A stretch of 64,000 bases of DNA from positions 135,672-199,671 of the forward strand of contig JBKHIT010000002.1 in assembly GCA_046538485.1 (NCBI GenBank). Direction: 5' to 3'. Origin of the DNA: Candidatus Brocadiia bacterium. GTDB taxonomy: Bacteria; Planctomycetota; Brocadiia; SM23-32. A model generated the notes under the pieces. That model was not told where the DNA came from. It was given only the letters and a program-made list of their open reading frames with translations, and did not search any database. Made by a program: the position numbers and the translations under genes. This document shows, one piece after another, positions 60,207-64,000 of the stretch (the first letter of the stretch is position 1; each line of letters opens with the position of its first letter).

Positions 60207-60306
60207 GGCCCGGATTTTTGGCTGAGAAGGGTTATGAACGGTGTTCAATAAAGATTCTATCCTGAGTCGGCAACAATAGCTTCTAATTATCCGTAAAATC
60301 CGGGCC
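60207..60306 (-). mobile_element. MITE-like element, copy B
   Basis: Perfect 12-bp terminal inverted repeat GGCCCGGATTTT/AAAATCCGGGCC; 100 bp; homologous to 8181-8284. Confidence 0.75.
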
Positions 60307-60363
60307 AGAACCCCGGCTTCCGGCTGGCGGTTCTGGAGCACGGGAGCGTGCTGCGACAATTTG

Positions 60364-61212
60364 TCACCTCTCGGGCCACTCCATATCAGCCGAAGAAGCC
60401 CCCGGAATACGCTTCCAATCGAGCGTCTTTCGTACTTCCATATTCTTCCGCCAGATCGTGTCCAAAAGATCGGCATCGAGCCCCTGAGACCGAGCAAAGC
60501 CGATCAGCGCGTTCAGGTCTTTTGGGAAACACTTTCCCCCGAACCCTCGCTCTTCCGTTACCTCGAGATGGTCGTCGATAATGCGCGGGTCGGCCGTGAG
60601 CGCTTCTTTGAGCTGGTCGTAATCTCCGCCAATCGATTCTGCATACTCGGAAAAGACGTTGGCAAGAATGACCTTCGTGGCGAGAAAGCAGTTGGACATA
60701 TATTTTACCAGTTCGGCTTCAGCGGTCTGCAAGAGGAAAATGGGAACTTCGGGAAAGGCCCGGCGGTAGAGCGACTTAATACGCCGGGCGACCTCCTCAC
60801 AGTTCGCCCCAACCACCACGCGAGAGGGATTTTTGGCATCCTCGAGGTGTGTCTTTTCGCGTAAAAATTCAGGCACCATGGCCAGGCTCAAGTCTTCGTA
60901 CTGCTGGCTGTAGGTGTCCGTCGTACCCGGGACAACTGTGGATTTTATGATCACGATCTGGTCACCGTCGGTCAGAGCGGCCAGAGCTTCCATTACTTCG
61001 TCCATTATGCTCAAGTCGATTGTCTGTGCCTCGAAATCACAGGGAGTCGGGACGCAGACAAACAGAAACGTCGAATTGCGGACCGTTTCCTCAAGTGTGT
61101 CGTGTTCTTTGTATTTGTCATAAATTCTAACCGAGTCAGCTGCTGGAGCCAGAGCGTGCTCGACCCCCTCGCCGACGATGCCATAGCCAATAATGCCGAT
61201 GTTGTGCGACAA
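60364..61212 (-). CDS. UDP-glucose/GDP-mannose dehydrogenase family protein (short form)
   Basis: GYGIVG, CVPTP, KSTVVPGT, PEFLRE, AELVKY..N, GFGGKCFPKD; ends before the usual C-terminal domain. Confidence 0.88.
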   Translation of the reverse strand: MSHNIGIIGYGIVGEGVEHALAPAADSVRIYDKYKEHDTLEETVRNSTFLFVCVPTPCDFEAQTIDLSIMDEVMEALAALTDGDQIVIIKSTVVPGTTDTYSQQYEDLSLAMVPEFLREKTHLEDAKNPSRVVVGANCEEVARRIKSLYRRAFPEVPIFLLQTAEAELVKYMSNCFLATKVILANVFSEYAESIGGDYDQLKEALTADPRIIDDHLEVTEERGFGGKCFPKDLNALIGFARSQGLDADLLDTIWRKNMEVRKTLDWKRIPGASSADMEWPER

Positions 61213-61591
61213 AAGGCAGTCCTTTCCATTATGGAGATAAAGAGGACGAGCCGCGCGTTCCCCATTTAACACCCGGATTCTACCTGAGCTGCCCCCGCCC
61301 ATGTCAAGTTCGGCGGGCAATGAGGAATTTGAGCTGTCGGTCGTTTAACTGCCTGGTGACCGTGGATTGGCGTGAGATTTCCACCGGTTGGTGAATGGAA
61401 CCGGGCGCAAATTCCCCCACAAGTTTGTTGGCTGGACTTGGATTTGGATTCGGGTGATAATAGATGGGACAATTCGATGGTCTTTACCGGGAAGAACGCG
61501 TGCAAAAAACTCAGAATATCGGGGCTTTCCAAACTTTCCCGGAAACACCGGATCGGCCCGGAGCAAATTGCGGACAGTTCGAGGGAAGTAA

Positions 61592-62707
61592 ATGAACAAG
61601 AAAATTTGGCGACGGCGAAATTCTGGCCTTCTGCTGGCATCCCTGGTGCTGGTCTTTTCTGCATCTCTCGGTGCCGGTGGGGAACCAGCTCAGCTGTCCG
61701 TGAAAGGCAACCCGGAGGCGATCGGACGTCGGTTCGGGGAGAAGTTTGGCAAGACGATCCAGGAACTTCATCCGACTTTTCTTCGAACGGCCTGTTTTAT
61801 GAGACGCGAGAAACCGAAACAGATCTACACCGAATGCCGGAGAATCGCACGGTTTCTCAAGCGTTCGGACCGGGAAGAGATAAAGGCTCTGGCCAGGGCC
61901 AGTGGTATGAAATACGAAGAGGTCCTTTTCCTCAATCTGTTCTACACGTTGATCGGTGACAGGTTGTTTTGCCGCCAGATCGCGATGTGGGGGAAAAACA
62001 CAAAAGATGGTGAGTTGCTACATGGACGAAATTTGGATTGGAATGATTATCCCGGTCGCCCCCTTGCGAAGACCCATTTGATTATGCGCGTGGAACCCGA
62101 AGGAGGCGTTCCATATGTCTCCCTCACCTGGCCGGGCCTGATCGGTGTGATAACCGGCACCAACAAAAAGGGTTTGACAGTCGCCTTCAATAAACTGCCG
62201 GCCGGAGAGGAAGATGGCGGGGGGGAGCCTGTATTTTTCACGATTCGACGGATCCTGAAGAATTGCGGCTCCACCAAAGAGGCCGTCCAGGTTCTGCGAA
62301 AGGCCAGACCGCCGGAGTCGGGTTCAATACTAATTTCGGATGCGCGGAAGAAGACTGCGGTTGTGGTGGAGATGGTTGACCGGAAGGTGAAGGTGCGACG
62401 GCCGACTGAGGGGAGTGTCTCGAACGCGAATCACTCCGCCACCGACTTCGACATACGCGGGGTGCGGAAGGGAAATGCGGACTGGCCTCTGGGGACCGTC
62501 GCGGAGCGAATGGGAGGTCCGTTCGACGTGGAAAGCATGAAACGGGCTCTGCGTCATAAGGATGTCTTGCAGAATATTAACCTGTTGAGTGTTGTTTTAA
62601 AACCATCGGAAGGGAAAATGTGTCTTGCCACCGGGGAGGTACCGGCCGCCGAAGGAAAATTCAGGGAATACTCGCTTTTCTCCGGAGAGACGTCCGGTGG
62701 TCTTTAG
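61592..62707 (+). CDS. C45 family Ntn-hydrolase/peptidase, secreted
   Basis: Signal peptide; internal nucleophile Cys (CRQIA), HGRNLDW, TGTNKKGL, NANH. Confidence 0.85.
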   Translation: MNKKIWRRRNSGLLLASLVLVFSASLGAGGEPAQLSVKGNPEAIGRRFGEKFGKTIQELHPTFLRTACFMRREKPKQIYTECRRIARFLKRSDREEIKALARASGMKYEEVLFLNLFYTLIGDRLFCRQIAMWGKNTKDGELLHGRNLDWNDYPGRPLAKTHLIMRVEPEGGVPYVSLTWPGLIGVITGTNKKGLTVAFNKLPAGEEDGGGEPVFFTIRRILKNCGSTKEAVQVLRKARPPESGSILISDARKKTAVVVEMVDRKVKVRRPTEGSVSNANHSATDFDIRGVRKGNADWPLGTVAERMGGPFDVESMKRALRHKDVLQNINLLSVVLKPSEGKMCLATGEVPAAEGKFREYSLFSGETSGGL

Positions 62708-62956
62708 TGGTCTGGTTTGCAAATACGCTTCCTCGTCATTCCTTGTCCTACGCCAAATCCGCTCCGGCAAACGATACCGTATTTGCGACCCCGACCACTC
62801 AGCTGCGTGGCAAGGGCTAAAAGGTGGCTGGGGAACCGTTTGGGCGGATCAATCGGGTGGCGGAGGAACGAAAAATAGTTGAGAAAAGCCAATTCATTGG
62901 ATAAAATAGTTATAGAGGGAAGGATATGAAGATCCTTATACCGCGATAAGAAAAGG

Positions 62957-63568
62957 GTGACAAGAAGCGTTATGGGACAAAGGGAGATAGAAAGAGGGAG
63001 CCTGAAGCCAAAAGGGCGCACGCGGCTGTGCTCGTTTCCTGTGGCATTGAAATGGGATGGCCAGCGACTTTCGGGAGAGAAACTCCGCCAAAAGGCCGAC
63101 AGTGCGGCGAGAGAGGTCTGCAAGCTTCACAGCGATATGTGGGCTTTTGCTTGGCCAGTGCGGCTTGATGCGTCCGAACAGTATGTGCAGTTGCAGGCAC
63201 GCGGTCGTTTCTTTTCTCCATGCAGTCGGACAGCTTTCGCACGTCAGATTGAACATGCTTTCGCCAGGGGGAAGGGGGCTGAGGCGAAAACAATCGAAAT
63301 GCCGGGCGGATCGTTAGGGGCGAAAGGCCGGGCCGGGATCTGCGAGTCTTGCGGGAAAGAGATGTGCCCCGCAAAGTCCTCACCGGGCTATACAACAGCT
63401 GCGCGGGCGAGAGCCCTGGCAAAAGATCTGATGGATAGGGCTGTCCGATGTGATACCTGCGGAGCTCGTTTCTGTGTCGAATGTGCTATGAACACCGGTG
63501 TGGAACGCCACAGCCACAATTACACCTGCCCGATATGCGGTGCCGAAGTCTCGCCAACACTTTTTTGA
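62957..63568 (+). CDS. Hypothetical protein with C-terminal four-CxxC zinc finger
   Basis: CESC, CDTC, CVEC, CPIC; start uncertain. Confidence 0.55.
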   Translation: MTRSVMGQREIERGSLKPKGRTRLCSFPVALKWDGQRLSGEKLRQKADSAAREVCKLHSDMWAFAWPVRLDASEQYVQLQARGRFFSPCSRTAFARQIEHAFARGKGAEAKTIEMPGGSLGAKGRAGICESCGKEMCPAKSSPGYTTAARARALAKDLMDRAVRCDTCGARFCVECAMNTGVERHSHNYTCPICGAEVSPTLF

Positions 63569-63785
63569 CTTGAGTTCGCAGGGACGTGAGGGTATCCCGG
63601 CGGGCATTTTTGCTGTTGTTTGAGCTATTTGGGTCAGGCAGAAATATTGGCACAGTCGTGACTTTGCGACAGGCAGAAAAACATTCGCAGGCAAGATGGC
63701 GGCGCTTCCCAGCACTCCAGACCGCGAGGTGTTGGTCCGTTCAGTATGGCAGGCAAGCGGACTGGACTTCAGCGCCGCTCTGCGG

Positions 63786-63966
63786 GGCTGGAGTTCAGAA
63801 CGCAGCTCATAAACCGAGAGGTCTCGCAGCAAAACACCAGAACGACCAACGGCGGCTCCCCCCGGCGATGGGTTGCGGGAAGAAGGGACGGAAGAGACCA
63901 AAGGGACTCGTTGTTTTCTGTCGCGTTCCGTGACTTGACATATAAGCAGGCTGGAGTTCAGAACGC
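63786..63966 (+). repeat. 18-bp direct repeat pair
   Basis: GGCTGGAGTTCAGAACGC at 63786-63803 and 63949-63966. Confidence 0.6.
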
Positions 63967-64000
63967 GCACTATCAGCCGACAGATCTCCCGGAACCCGCA

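Noticed and set aside
63786..63966. CRISPR array
   Set aside because: Only two 18-bp copies with a 145-bp gap, and no cas genes.

Overview
This 64-kb bacterial chromosomal window is probably from an anaerobic planctomycete-like organism. That is an inference from a DUF1559-type prepilin remnant, a planctomycete-type ECF sigma, a large membrane Ser/Thr kinase, a sulfatase, ferritin/rubrerythrin-like proteins and LPS heptose genes. Housekeeping genes (accA, ribD, trxB, pyrF, tig-clpP-clpX, purQ, yidC, scpA, gmhA, hldE, gdh) are interspersed with accessory genes. I saw no rRNA, tRNA, CRISPR array, transposase or integrase. Main observations: (1) an ECF sigma / FecR-type anti-sigma / secreted helical protein module, where one 36-bp promoter motif precedes both the sigma and the secreted gene, and the anti-sigma C-terminal domain aligns without gaps to the secreted protein; (2) an integrase-less integron cassette array with two attC sites carrying a ZIP transporter, while a zupT-like gene nearby has been destroyed; (3) a MITE-like family with CCCGGA(T/A)(T/A)TT terminal repeats, two copies sitting on stop codons and one carrying a long RNA hairpin; (4) a DnaA paralog lacking the arginine finger; (5) a HAD phosphatase-YvcK fusion; (6) a coupled HtrA pseudoprotease/protease pair; (7) a non-RD lectin-type receptor kinase. 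All calls are from manual motif reading; no database search or folding calculation was run.
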